From NCBI RefSeq assembly GCF_001194135.2, contig NC_068995.1, positions 50,308,343-50,372,342 on the forward strand: a stretch of 64,000 bases of DNA, written 5' to 3'. Shown piece by piece: positions 36,953 to 48,750 of the stretch. Every line of letters begins with the position of its first letter. The stretch's first letter is position 1. Source of the stretch: Octopus bimaculoides. Lineage: Eukaryota. A program made the translations under genes and the position numbers. The notes under the pieces are model-generated. The model was not told where the DNA came from, searched no databases, and worked only from the letters and a program-made list of their open reading frames with translations.

Positions 36953-37794
36953 TTATGGGCATCATTGCCATACAATTCAAGCCTAAACCTATACTAGAAA
37001 CAATTAATGAAAATAATAGTATTTCTTTTGACTCTTTACATTCCAAGTTCAAAACCCACCATAGTCAATGTTGCCCGTCATTCCTTCAGGGTCAATAAAA
37101 TAAAGCACCAGTAACGAACTGGGTTGATTATAGTCAATTACTCCGCTTACCAAAATTTCAGGCCTTGTGCCACTGTCAGAAACAACAACAACAACAACGA
37201 AAGAGCAATATCTGCAATATACCACAAATATAAGACTTCTACAGCATAATACAACGCTTTTATGACATTTAAGTCAAGACTTGTTTTATTGAAAATGTCA
37301 CTGTTCAGAGATGGGGTCCCCACTACTTTCTAAATGCCAGTCTAAACCTGTTTTCTAATCTCTCAGATGGCAATTTACTATACAACAAAACTCATCACTC
37401 TTAATTTCCTTCCATACTTTAAAGATACTCCCACTACCACTAAAATATACCTCCCACTTGAATCTGTATGCGGTCACTTGAACTGCTAGAAATAGCAGTA
37501 AAATCTCTTTCAAATCATATTATGCTGCCTTAAAAAAAAAAAAGGACATGAAGGATCAAGTGGTCCTGAGATCTCTGCAGACATGGAAACAGTAGGAAGG
37601 TCATGATTGGAATGCATTTCATTACCAGTTTGGTTCATGAAGGTTGACCAGGTGCTAAACAAAGGAACCTATTTTCTAATTGTTTCAAATTCAACACCAT
37701 ACTCTTCCTTCCTCAGTTATCCTGATTCCTCATACTAGCAGTTTGGAAACACAGTGGAGAGTTCATCTTAGTTGCAATGTAGACCCCCAAACAA

Positions 37795-38125
37795 ATCAAT
37801 TCAATGGGGCCCTTACCAGTATATCATTGGTTACGATGATGAAGGTTCCAGTTGATTTAATCAATGGAACAGCCTGCTCATTAAATTAATGTGAAAGTGG
37901 CTGAGCACTCCACAGACACGTGTACCCTTAATGTAGCTCTCAGAGAGATTTGGCATGACACAGAATGTGACAAGGCTGGCCCCTTTTGAATTACAGGTAC
38001 AATTCATTTTTACCTGCTGAGTGGACTGCAGTAACATGAAATAAAGTGTCTTGCTCAAGGACACAACACATCACCTTATGATCATGAGCTGAATATTCTA
38101 ACCAGTGAGCCATGTGTCTTCACTC
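37795..38125 (-). mobile_element. tRNA-derived SINE family H
   Basis: Reverse complement carries a tRNA-like head and tgtgtccttgagcaagacacttt; homologous to 59785-60078. Confidence 0.8.
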
Positions 38126-38548
38126 ATTAGGCTCTATAGTAATTATCCATTGGCAGTAAACCACAGTATACCTAATTCAGAACTGGGTCTCTAGATCTAT
38201 GAGATCCCTGGCAAGTGCCTAGTATGCCCATGTCTTAAGGCAGCACTATCTGTGGACAGTGGCACCTTCTTCTGTGACTAACAAATAAAATATTAAAAAC
38301 GTTTTTTAGGAATCAAAATTTTTAGAAACTTGGCAAAATACTAATTATATCCACTGTTTTTGTTCTGTAAATATTGGAATTTGTTGAACCATTTAAAGTG
38401 TGTTAACGTTGAAGTACTGGGTTAAAAAAAGATATTTTTAAAATAAAAGCAAACATCTAGATTTACTTAAAGGTCAACATTAAACATGTTTGTCCATTGG
38501 AATAATAATATGACAATCATTTCAAAGCCCACTGAAGTGACTGTGGCA

Positions 38549-38682
<134 letters not shown>

Positions 38683-38966
38683 ATATTAAAACAAAATAAA
38701 AAGGAAGAAAAAGAATGCAAAAAAATATTTGTTCCAACAACTTGCAAATGTCTGGATTTGAAAAACTGGAAAAGGAAAAAAAAAATCTATAAAACTGAAT
38801 GTGAAATACTTAAAAATAAACAAGTATAAAAGTGGAAAGAACTTTTCTCAATGTTGACCAGCCTATGTGTAAAGTTGGGAAAATGAGGATAATTTTCAGC
38901 AAAAAAACTTTAGTAGGTAGGTTAACATGGTATCAAAGAAAATAATTTGTTAGACCATTAGCCTCT

Positions 38967-39565
38967 ATTATTACCTCCGCCTTAGCGAAGGCAGAGGTAT
39001 TGTTTCCAGTCACATTTGTTTGTTTGTTTATTTGTCTGTGGATGAGATATCTCTGGATGGATTCGGATGAAACTTTCAGGGATGTTTGGGCTCATGACTG
39101 GCACAAACTGATTCGATTTTGGGAGTGATCCGATACCGGACAAGGATTCTGGATTATTTGTGATATTTACTCTACATGATTACGATCTTTCGTTAACTTT
39201 CAAGTCTTTCTCAATTATCTCCCTTTAGGCTGTAGCTATTTTCAATGGTGAATTTGTTAACCTTGGCTTGTATTAGATAAGGATAAACTATTTATTACTG
39301 TTACTAAATTTTCGACAGCCACCTTCACATTCCATGATTACCATTGGGATCAAACAGGTACCAGACAAGGATTCTGGATTATTTCTCCGTTTTTTTTTTT
39401 TATTTAATTTTTGAGAGTGGTTGGGTTCACTGTTTTTTACTATTCTCATTTGTGAGAGCAGTCGAGTTTATTTCAGATATTCCTATTTTAAAAATCATTT
39501 CTAGTTAATCGTTTAGAGGACATTGGTGTTGCCTTAGTGGAGGTTTGTGCTCTCTGAGTGCCCAT
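38967..39565 (+). mobile_element. Helentron/HINE-like non-autonomous element with internal insertion
   Basis: 5' hairpin TACCTCCGCCTT-AGCG-AAGGCAGAGGTA; 3' subterminal inverted repeat gccttagtggaggt plus short palindrome gtgctc-tct-gagtgc; T-rich flanks. Colinear with 60111-60462 apart from the insert. Confidence 0.65.
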
Positions 39566-40074
39566 TTTTATAATATGTTTATTTACATCCATTTCATGTT
39601 TCAATTAGTATGATCCTTGATTGAAACCAGCAACATTTACCTTCAAATATTTCATCCTAAATTAAACTAAATCACATTGTTATCTACTAGATCACTGGTG
39701 CATTAGACATTTGATATACTAAAGTGTAATAATGTTTCTGAGATATTTTTTCTTTGTATTTGCTTTATGGCTTAGTGAAGCACTTCTCAAACATTTTGAA
39801 GTACCACCCTTTTTCTTTTAACTCACATGTTTTTAACATTTCTTGTTCAGATGATTCAATGTGCCCTGCTTTCCAAATTTTAATGTCTATAGATATAATA
39901 TCAGGCCAGAGTAATTTAGTACCAGGCATTAGTTTGGCATGTGCAACTATTTATCAGAGCACCATCCTACTTACTATAAATGAACACTATAAGCATAGGT
40001 TGTGTGTATTCAGTTTTGCTTGTTTGACTATTCATATTACAAAATCTATCATTATTGTTGATGTTGATGTTGAG

Positions 40075-40320
40075 GTGTCAAGCTGGCAGAATCATTAGCA
40101 CACAAGACAAAATGCTTAGTGGCATTTCTTTTAGCTTTACGTTCTGAGTTCAAGCTCCTTCAAAGTCAACTTTGCCTTTTATCTTTTCAGGGTCAATAAA
40201 ATAAGTACCAGTCAAGCACTTGGGCTGATGTAATCAACTAGCCCTCTCCCCCAAAATTTCAGGCCTTGTGCCGCCATAGTAGAAAGGATTGTTGATATCG
40301 TTACTATTATTATTATTATT
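40075..40320 (+). mobile_element. SINE family C
   Basis: agctggcagaatcattagc head, core and (ATT)n tail. Confidence 0.85.
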
Positions 40321-41164
40321 GTCATTCTTGTTATGATTGAAATTAACAAGCAATTTATCCATATTACATTTAATATTTCTTTTTAAATAAGAACCAAAGA
40401 CTAAACAACAGCACATATGCCTCTATTACTCTTCTCACCATTCCCTTTGATACCAGCTTGTATATAAAATTTTCCAACGTCTCCCTATGGCAAGGGGCAG
40501 CACTATCCATTTTGAGAAGCACTGATTTAATCAAAGGAGAGCAAGCAGCATCCTTAACCCATTTTTGTCAAGACCTTCACGATCAGAGGGGAAAAGACCT
40601 TCACCAAATGCTAGTAAGAGAAAGAGGCACTTTTAAGGGTATTCCAAAGGCCAGGTGATGAGGCTAAAGCAGGTGACAGATTGTTGTCGAAATTAAATAA
40701 CTTGTTGATGGCCACAACCCAATGTTTTAGCAATCAGAGGTGATGGCTAAGGAACCAGGATTTTGAAATAGATGGATCAAAACTCTGAAAGAAAAGAGAG
40801 ATTTGTCTGAGTGAGAAATGTGAAGATTGTGCAAACAGATATTTTGTCTGATGTTTGGTTGAGTGGNNNNNNNNNNNNNNNNNNNNNNNNNNNNNNNNNN
40901 NNNNNNNNNNNNNNNNNNNNNNNNNNNNNNNNNNNNNNNNNNNNNNNNNNNNNNNNNNNNNNNNNNNNNNNNNNNNNNNNNNNNNNNNNNNNNNNNNNNN
41001 NNNNNNNNNNNNNNNNNNNNNNNNNNNNNNNNNNNNNNNNNNNNNNNNNNNNNNNNNNNNNNNNNNNNNNNNNNNNNNNNNNNNNNNNNNNNNNNNNNNN
41101 NNNNNNNNNNNNNNATATATATATATATATATATATAATTGAACACTCCAGTTACTCAGAGAAC

Positions 41165-41290
41165 AACAACACTAGCCGGAAATTGGTCTTGTTCAGTTTG
41201 TAGGAATGGAGCCAGTAAAAATTCAATAATGTTTAAGCTGTGCAATTGCCAAGAACCTGAGATGCAGTGGTGCTTATGGTCAACTGGTAA
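41165..41290 (+). mobile_element. Decayed RTE fragment covering the Cys finger region
   Basis: WSCSVCRNGASKNSIMFKLC aligns to WPCSVCRKGVGSNSIRCTRC of the copy at 23091-23440. Confidence 0.55.
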
Positions 41291-41848
41291 AAAGATATCC
41301 ACATTTTTAATACTCTCACTAATATGCACTTGAAATTGCAAATAATTATTCCACTGCAGAAAGGAATATAGACCATGGAGCTAAATCAACTTAGAACAAG
41401 GAATATGCACTGTGTTGATTATAAGAATTGAACCAAGTATATGCAGTGTTGGCTCTGTGCCATGTTTAGGTTCTTTAGTGCAGGACTGATTGAAATTATT
41501 CAACAACTTCAAGACGAGAAAATCTCATATAGGTTGGTGGACAGTGGGGTGGGAAATGACTGGGGTACTGGAATTTGGGGATGTAGAAAGAAGACTTAAT
41601 GAACCCTACTAATGGTAAAAGAAAAGAGACTGTGAGAAAAATAATTCGTGGATATGATATAATATATGAGAATGTAATAGGGAGCAGGATGTGTAGGGTG
41701 TTTGAGCATCAGGAATGTGGACATGCAGGTTATTGGTTCATCCCAGATCATCCCTAAACAAACAGCCTCATGATCAAAATGTTCCAGATCTGACCATTCT
41801 ATCCACTTCCCAATGTATTGCATCCTTCCTTTATATATATATATATAT

Positions 41849-42251
41849 GGCGCAGGAGTAGCTGTGTGGTAAGTAGCTTGCTTACCAACCACATGGTTCT
41901 GGGTTCATTCCCACTGAGTGGCACCTTGGGCAAGTGTCTTCTACTATAGTCTCGGGCCGACCAAAGCCTTGTAGGTGGATTTGGTAGATGAAAAACTGAA
42001 AGAAGCCCGTCGTATATATGTATATATATGTGTGTGTATACGTTTGTGTGTCTGTGCTTGTCCCCCCAACATCGCTTGACAACTGATACTGGTGTGTTTA
42101 CGTCCTCGTAACTTAGCTGTTCGGCAAAAGAGACCAATAGAATAAGTACTAGGCTTTCAAAGAATAAGTCCTGGGGTTGATTTGCTCGACTAAAGACGGT
42201 GCTCCAGCATGGCCACAGTCAAATGAGTGAAACAAGTAAAAGAGTAAAGAG
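41849..42251 (+). mobile_element. tRNA-derived SINE family A, full length (head, microsatellite linker, tail module)
   Basis: A-box-like TAGCTGTGTGG, B-box-like GGTTCATTCCC, CORE-like CCTTGGGCAAGTG, (TA)/(TG) linker, tail ending gcggtgctccagcatggcc...aaacaagtaaaagag; flanked by (TA)n on both sides. Confidence 0.9.
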
Positions 42252-43139
42252 TATATATATATATATATATACGAGTGAAGAATGAATATATAGTGCATGT
42301 TTTTATTTGGCAAAAAAAATTACCTTCTTGAAATACAGCAATACATATATATATGCACATATGCAAGTGTTTGTGTGTGTGTTTGTGTGTGTACAGACAC
42401 CATGCTCAAAAAAAGGAGGAACTTAGAAAACAAACACTGTAATTTGACTAGGAGTGCAATGACTCGAAATAAAAGGGAGAAATGATATAAGTCTGAGAAC
42501 ACTTTAGTTGTTAGAACAAACAACCTGTCTAGTGGTACTTGTGACATGATAAAGTGCACTCTGTCCAAATGGTTGGTAACAGCAAGTGCACCTAAACTAT
42601 GCCACAAATACATGACGCAAATAACAAATACAGGCAGTTTTCTATGTTTGTGTATGAGATGTTGAAACATTTTCAGAAGTAGAGAGGCACTGTTTTGGAA
42701 AGGGATGTAAAGTGATAGTGATGATGATGATATATGAGAAGTAACAATGAAAAGAGTGTGTCATATGGTAAACTCATCCAAGTTGTACGAACATGGGTTA
42801 GACGGCTTTTATGATGATATATATATATATTTAGCAGAAGCAACAGGGTGACTCTTGATCCTCAAGTCACTCTATTGCTTCTGCTAAATATCAATTATAT
42901 ATATATGACGTAAGCAGTGATACATTTGTACATTACTAAAAGCTTCACATTGATCTAGGGTATGTGTATGATCATTTAGATATACTTTGCAAATAGAGAT
43001 ATAACTCTAAACCACTGGTAAAACTATTGTTTATTGGCTGTTAGCAAGGTTCATTTTCATTAGTCAAGATAATTTGGGTAGCTCAGGTTTATACAGAGGC
43101 AATGTTATGCAATATGATTGCCACACCATGGGGACAGAT

Positions 43140-44020
43140 TTAAAGAAGTGATTGATAGAGTATATTCAAGGAATTTGTCTTAGATACACTTATTAACATC
43201 CCAACATGAGCCAACTTTCTAGATATATTAGATCTTAAGACAGGTACCCATTAGCCCTATTGGAAAGCAAAGCATCTGCAAATATCCCAATCACCCACCT
43301 TACCAACTATAATTAGAAACTTGGTAGCCAATATGAGTGAGGAAGAGTCTCTCATCTTACTCTCAGGCAGAAATTTTCACTGAGCTTTACCATTTTACAA
43401 GGTGCTAGACAGAAATCAGCTCTGAGAAGCCAGTTTACATGTAAACAACCACACATACACACATCAGAAGAGAGTTAGGAAGAGAAAAGTAATCTTATTT
43501 AAATCCCCACACTCTGTAACCAAGATATCTCCACAACATAGCCAAGAATTTCATTTTATGGTGCACCACAAATCCATAAGCTTTTTAATGCACACAATGT
43601 TAAAATTAGTTATTCTTGCCGAGATAACATCACTCCACCCCCATGCACAATCAGAATCACACATACATGCATTCCCCCACCCCAAAAAATATTTTGCAGT
43701 TGTCAAGACCTATTTGACAACTTAGTGAACCTTGCCTTCCCAAAGGTGTATCAGATATCAACTACACAGTAGAATGTTAAAATCAACATTTGTATATCAT
43801 TAGTTTAGGAGCAGGAGAGACTCCACTTCTCTATCTATATTTACGAAAAAACTCAAGGTCCAAGGTCTTGATTTCTCTATTATAATTTGGAATATTGTTG
43901 ATAGAGCTACTCCATATTCTAATCAATTACATTAACAGTAGACTCTGCTTATCTGAAAAGTCCTTGATATCTCTTAATGAAAAGTCCAAGGTGTTGGTTC
44001 CTGTGTCAAGTGATACAAAT
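43140..44020 (+). mobile_element. Decayed Penelope-like retroelement (RT thumb, linker, GIY-YIG C-terminus)
   Basis: Motifs in the expected order: ANFLDILDLKTGTH*PYWK (43210), PTIIRNL, HKLFNAHNVKISYSCRDNI (about 43575-43632), H*FRSRRDSTSLSI, IWNIVDRATPYSN, RLCLSEKSLI..LNEKS. Confidence 0.75.
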
Positions 44021-44899
44021 TGAGAAAATTAGTAACTGTAAATCACACCAGTGAATAACCTCTATTGAACAGAGACTTTGATGGAACTTTTCTCTTATGT
44101 CTTAGCAGTTTAATTTAGAGCTTGCAATAATTTCAGTTGTGTGACTCACTAAGACCAATAACAACTGATTTGACCAATCATCGTCAAGAATCAGCTGGCT
44201 TTACTAGAGACTATGCTTACATAAATTCACAAGATATCTGAATGGTCACTCTCATATTTTAATTTTGTGTTTCACATATAATGTACAAGTCAATCTAACT
44301 ATTTATTCCACACATACACAGAGTTGCAGACATAGCAGTGTGGTTAACGAGTTTGCTTCACAACAGCATGGTTCTGGGTTCAATTCAACTGAGTAGTACC
44401 ATAATCAAGTATCTTCTATTGTGTCGTATCTTTATATGCCACATAATGTAGTGGATCAGCAAACAAATTAACTAACAGGCTGTAAAGTAGTTGGCATTAG
44501 GAAGGGTATCCAGCTGTAGAAACCAAGCCAAAGCTGACACTGAAGTTTGATGCAACCCTGCTGGGTCCTGTAAACGGTCCAACCCATGCCAGCATGGAAA
44601 ACAGATATTAAATGATGATGATGAGGACTTCGTGTATTAAAAGGGATTTTTAACCTAATCTTTAAATGATATTATCTATAGCTTTATCTGCTTTGAGATT
44701 CATTTTCTCAAATACGAAAAATTATGATAAACACAAGTTTATATAATTTGTTCCTACATATGTTTCACCATTGTGGTTGTTTGAAACACTGCATTAGATG
44801 TTCCATGTGTAATTGGATGCTTAACGAGAACAGACTATCAAGGAACACTTTGTTCATTATGTTACAGAGAACTAATTAGTTTCCTGATTAGTTCTTTGT

Positions 44900-45275
44900 C
44901 TTTTGCCCAGTTCAGTCATTCGACCGTGTCCATGCTGGAGTAACACCTTGAAAGATTTTAGTCAAACGAATCAAACCGAAAAATTTATTTTGAGTCTGGT
45001 ACTTATTCTGTCAGTCACTTTTACTGAACCACTAAGTTATGGGAAGGAAAAACACCAGCATAAGTTGTCAAGCATAGGGAGGGGAGCACAGATGATACAC
45101 ATACACATACATACACACATAGTGGGCTTCTTTCAGTTTTTGTCTGAAAATTCACTCACAAGGCTTTGGTTGGCCTGTGTTTATAGTAGAAGACCAAAGG
45201 TGCCATGCAGAGGAACTGAACCTGGAATCATGTGGCTCAGAAACAAACTTTTTACCACACAGCTATGCCTGTGCT
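44900..45275 (-). mobile_element. SINE family A, full length, diverged
   Basis: Reverse-complement tail (44900-45090) and head (45120-45275). Confidence 0.8.
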
Positions 45276-45489
45276 TATTCTCTGTAACATCTATTATAAT
45301 AATACTCTTGCGCTTTTCTCCGTCACAACATATGAATGAGAAAGGAAGGGGTGATAGACGAATAAGGAAGGGGTGAAAAAAGAATCAAACAGCATTTCAA
45401 CTCTAAGTGAGTATGCGTGTGTATGTAAAAGGGAGGTATGTGAATGTTTGTGTGTGTGTGTGTGCAATGGAAGTGGACACATACACAAA

Positions 45490-45808
45490 CATAGACTTCT
45501 TTCAGTTTCTGTCTACCGAATCCAGTAACAAGGCTATGGTCGGCCTGAGGCTATAGTAGGATACACTTGCTCTAGGTGCCATGCAGTGGGACTGAACTCA
45601 GAACCATGTGGTTGGGAAGTAAATTTCCTACACACACACACACACACACATATATTGACAAGCTTCTTTCAGTTTCCATCTACCTAATTCACTCACAAGG
45701 CTGTGGTTGACCGAAGGCTACAGAAGAACACACACGCCTAAAGTTCCATGCAGTGGGACTGAACCCAGAACCATATAGATAAGAGGCACAAGCTAGAAGC
45801 TACGCCTG

Positions 45809-45810
<2 letters not shown>
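45490..45810 (-). mobile_element. Two tandem SINE family A head modules
   Basis: cttctttcagtttc...cacaaggc...ccatgcagtgggactgaac...aaccat occurs at about 45490-45630 and 45655-45810, separated by (CA)n. Confidence 0.75.
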
Positions 45811-45849
<39 letters not shown>

Positions 45850-46373
45850 ATAGCATGATGATGATGATGATGGTATCTTCAATACATGCAGTCACACATA
45901 CACCAAAAACAAAAAACAAAAAAAAAACAGAAAAAAACGGAAAGGAAAAAAGAATACAAGGTCAAAAATATTTAAGAATAGATCCACAGGCAGTAACAAG
46001 TGGTGAAAAGAAATTCAGTAAATTCTAGCAGGAATCAAACTAGACATCTCTTGGTTGACAGCCAAATATGATTGGTGTGTTTGTAGGTTATACACACACA
46101 CACAAACACACACACACATACACATATATATATATTCTGTGTGTGCCATAAATATCGCCATCCGTTAGAGAAAAAAATTTGTAGTTTGGAATCAGTAGTT
46201 CTTTGACTGCTATTTCTAAATTTTCAGTATGTTGGAGAAGCAACTCATGCTAATCCCTGTATATTTATGATTATAAATGGTTTTACCGATAAAGGTTTTT
46301 TTCATACTGAACTACTTGGCAAAATTGTTAATTATTAATTTTATTATTAATTGACGATTCCCTGCCCTATATC

Positions 46374-46418
<45 letters not shown>

Positions 46419-46739
46419 GTATGTTTGTATGTACATGATGGGTGTGCATGCTGTGTGTGTGTCCTACATGGTTCACCGATAAGAATAACATTTTTGTGTA
46501 AATAAGGTGAAGTTGTGTGGGTGTCGAGGAGGTGCATGTCCGTACACATACACAACACATTCAAACTTGTTATTTTGTAAGCACTGTGCAAATATGCAGA
46601 TGAGCATATCTGGTGTATATTGAAAGAAAACGATAGAGAACCATTAATACACACACTAATATATATATATATATATATATATATGAGCGTCATACTAATA
46701 CATCCTTTTATTGTTTACACCACCTGTCCTCGTCTGTTG

Positions 46740-46759
46740 TTGTTTTTTCGTACATTCTC

Positions 46760-46801
<42 letters not shown>

Positions 46802-47035
46802 AGAGAGAGATAGATGGATAGAACGAGAACCGTATACCTCGTATACTTTGACGGGCGCATGAAGCGTGTATTTGTGTGTCGGTGGGGGAGGGATCAAAAT
46901 TCTGTTCTTGGAGGCTAACAAAGGGGTTATTTACTTGTGTCATCACGAAGTTTCCAAGTTGTTTATGTTTGTAGGAAATTCCTGTCTCGATATGTAAGAT
47001 GGGAGAAGGAATAGCTCCAGAGAACGTATATATGT

Positions 47036-47069
<34 letters not shown>

Positions 47070-47416
47070 ACTCTCTCTCGCGCGCGCGTGAGAAAGTGTC
47101 TGTAAATTCACAAGTAACTAGCATATACGCATAAACAAACCAGCTATTCTATCTATAATAGCAATGACAACATGTAGTAATAATTTAGGTTAAACTTGAA
47201 GGAATCGGACGGGTGGCGGAGCTAGGAAAGAACGTTCTGGGATAACAAATCTAAAAAAAAATAAATAATAAATAAAAAAATAGAACAAATTAAAACAAAC
47301 AGATAAACAAAACAAAAATACATCTCCTACCCATTTCCAGTCAGTTTCCTGGAAAGCTTTGTCTTTCGATGAAGTGTAAAACCATCCAAAGAGTTTTTTC
47401 CTCATCGCTATTTTTG

Positions 47417-47472
<56 letters not shown>

Positions 47473-47600
47473 TTGGGTTAGACTGGTCAAATACAAACAG
47501 TCTGCTTATTTCGTAAATAAATAACCTAAAACTAAGCAGCTAGCAATGCATGCGGACGAAACAGCCAGACTGACAGCTAGAATTAGTCTACTTGAACTAC
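46740..47600 (-). promoter_or_regulatory. CpG-retaining promoter / first-exon candidate
   Basis: About 22 CpG counted by hand in 46740-47240, versus about 5 in 49001-50000. Contains (CG)5 next to (GT)n, an Inr-like TCAGTC on the minus strand (47568-47573), and minus-strand GTG-ATGACACAA|GTAAAT (ATG plus phase-0 donor at 46935). Not recognisably a repeat. Confidence 0.45.
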
Positions 47601-47825
47601 TATCCTACATCACATTTTTATATAGATACTACTATTACTATTACTACTACTACTACTACTACTACTACTGCTACTACTATAGCTAATACCCTCGAGAACA
47701 ACAACAATGCTTGTTATTATCATCACAATCGTCATCAGCAGCGGCAACAACACTACCACTAGCACCACCTAGCAACAAAGCAGATAGGAAGCTGAAATAT
47801 CATATGAGAAGTATAGGAAGGAAAG

Positions 47826-47874
<49 letters not shown>

Positions 47875-48059
47875 AGGAGGGATAGAGGATAAATGTATCT
47901 CTCTCCCTCCCCCCACCACCACCTCACTCATACCACCCACTCTTACCAAAAACCATCGTCTAAGGAAGAATGAATCAATAGCTGATACCACTAAAAGATA
48001 TACAAAAGCTAACATAAGCAGCTGGTCAAACTTCAAATGTCCATAGAATTAAAGAGAAG

Positions 48060-48101
48060 CATACATAATACAGACATATATCACCTCCCGGCACACATCC
48101 G

Positions 48102-48133
<32 letters not shown>

Positions 48134-48151
48134 TGCATACATACGTACATA

Positions 48152-48182
<31 letters not shown>

Positions 48183-48234
48183 CAAATATATGTATGTATA
48201 TATATATATACATACATATATATATACATACATA

Positions 48235-48278
<44 letters not shown>

Positions 48279-48526
48279 TATATACATACATATATATGTA
48301 TATATATATATACATACATATATATAAACATACATACATATATATAAACATACATACATATATATAAACATACATACCTATATATAAACATACATACCTA
48401 TATATATACACACATACATATATATATACACATACATATATATATACATACATATACATACATATAATATACATACATATACATACATATAATATACATA
48501 CATATACATACATATAATATACATAC

Positions 48527-48559
<33 letters not shown>

Positions 48560-48750
48560 CATATATATATACATATATATACATATACATATACATATAT
48601 ATACATATACATTATATATATATACATATATACACACACATACATAAACAAACACACACACACACATACATATACATAAACAGACACACACGTATGTACA
48701 CACACGCATTTATATACCCATGCACATATGTACATATATATATACATACA
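48060..48750. repeat. Compound (AT)/(AC)/(ATAC) microsatellite
   Basis: About 700 bp of ATAT/ACAT units; source of the YI/YM pseudo-ORFs. Confidence 0.95.

Noticed and set aside
41849-41930. tRNA gene at SINE heads
   Set aside because: A and B boxes are present, but there is no cloverleaf and the heads continue into repeat bodies; these are SINEs.
48026-48747. YI/YM/CV-rich ORFs here and at other microsatellites
   Set aside because: Translations of (AT)n, (GT)n and (GA)n repeats.
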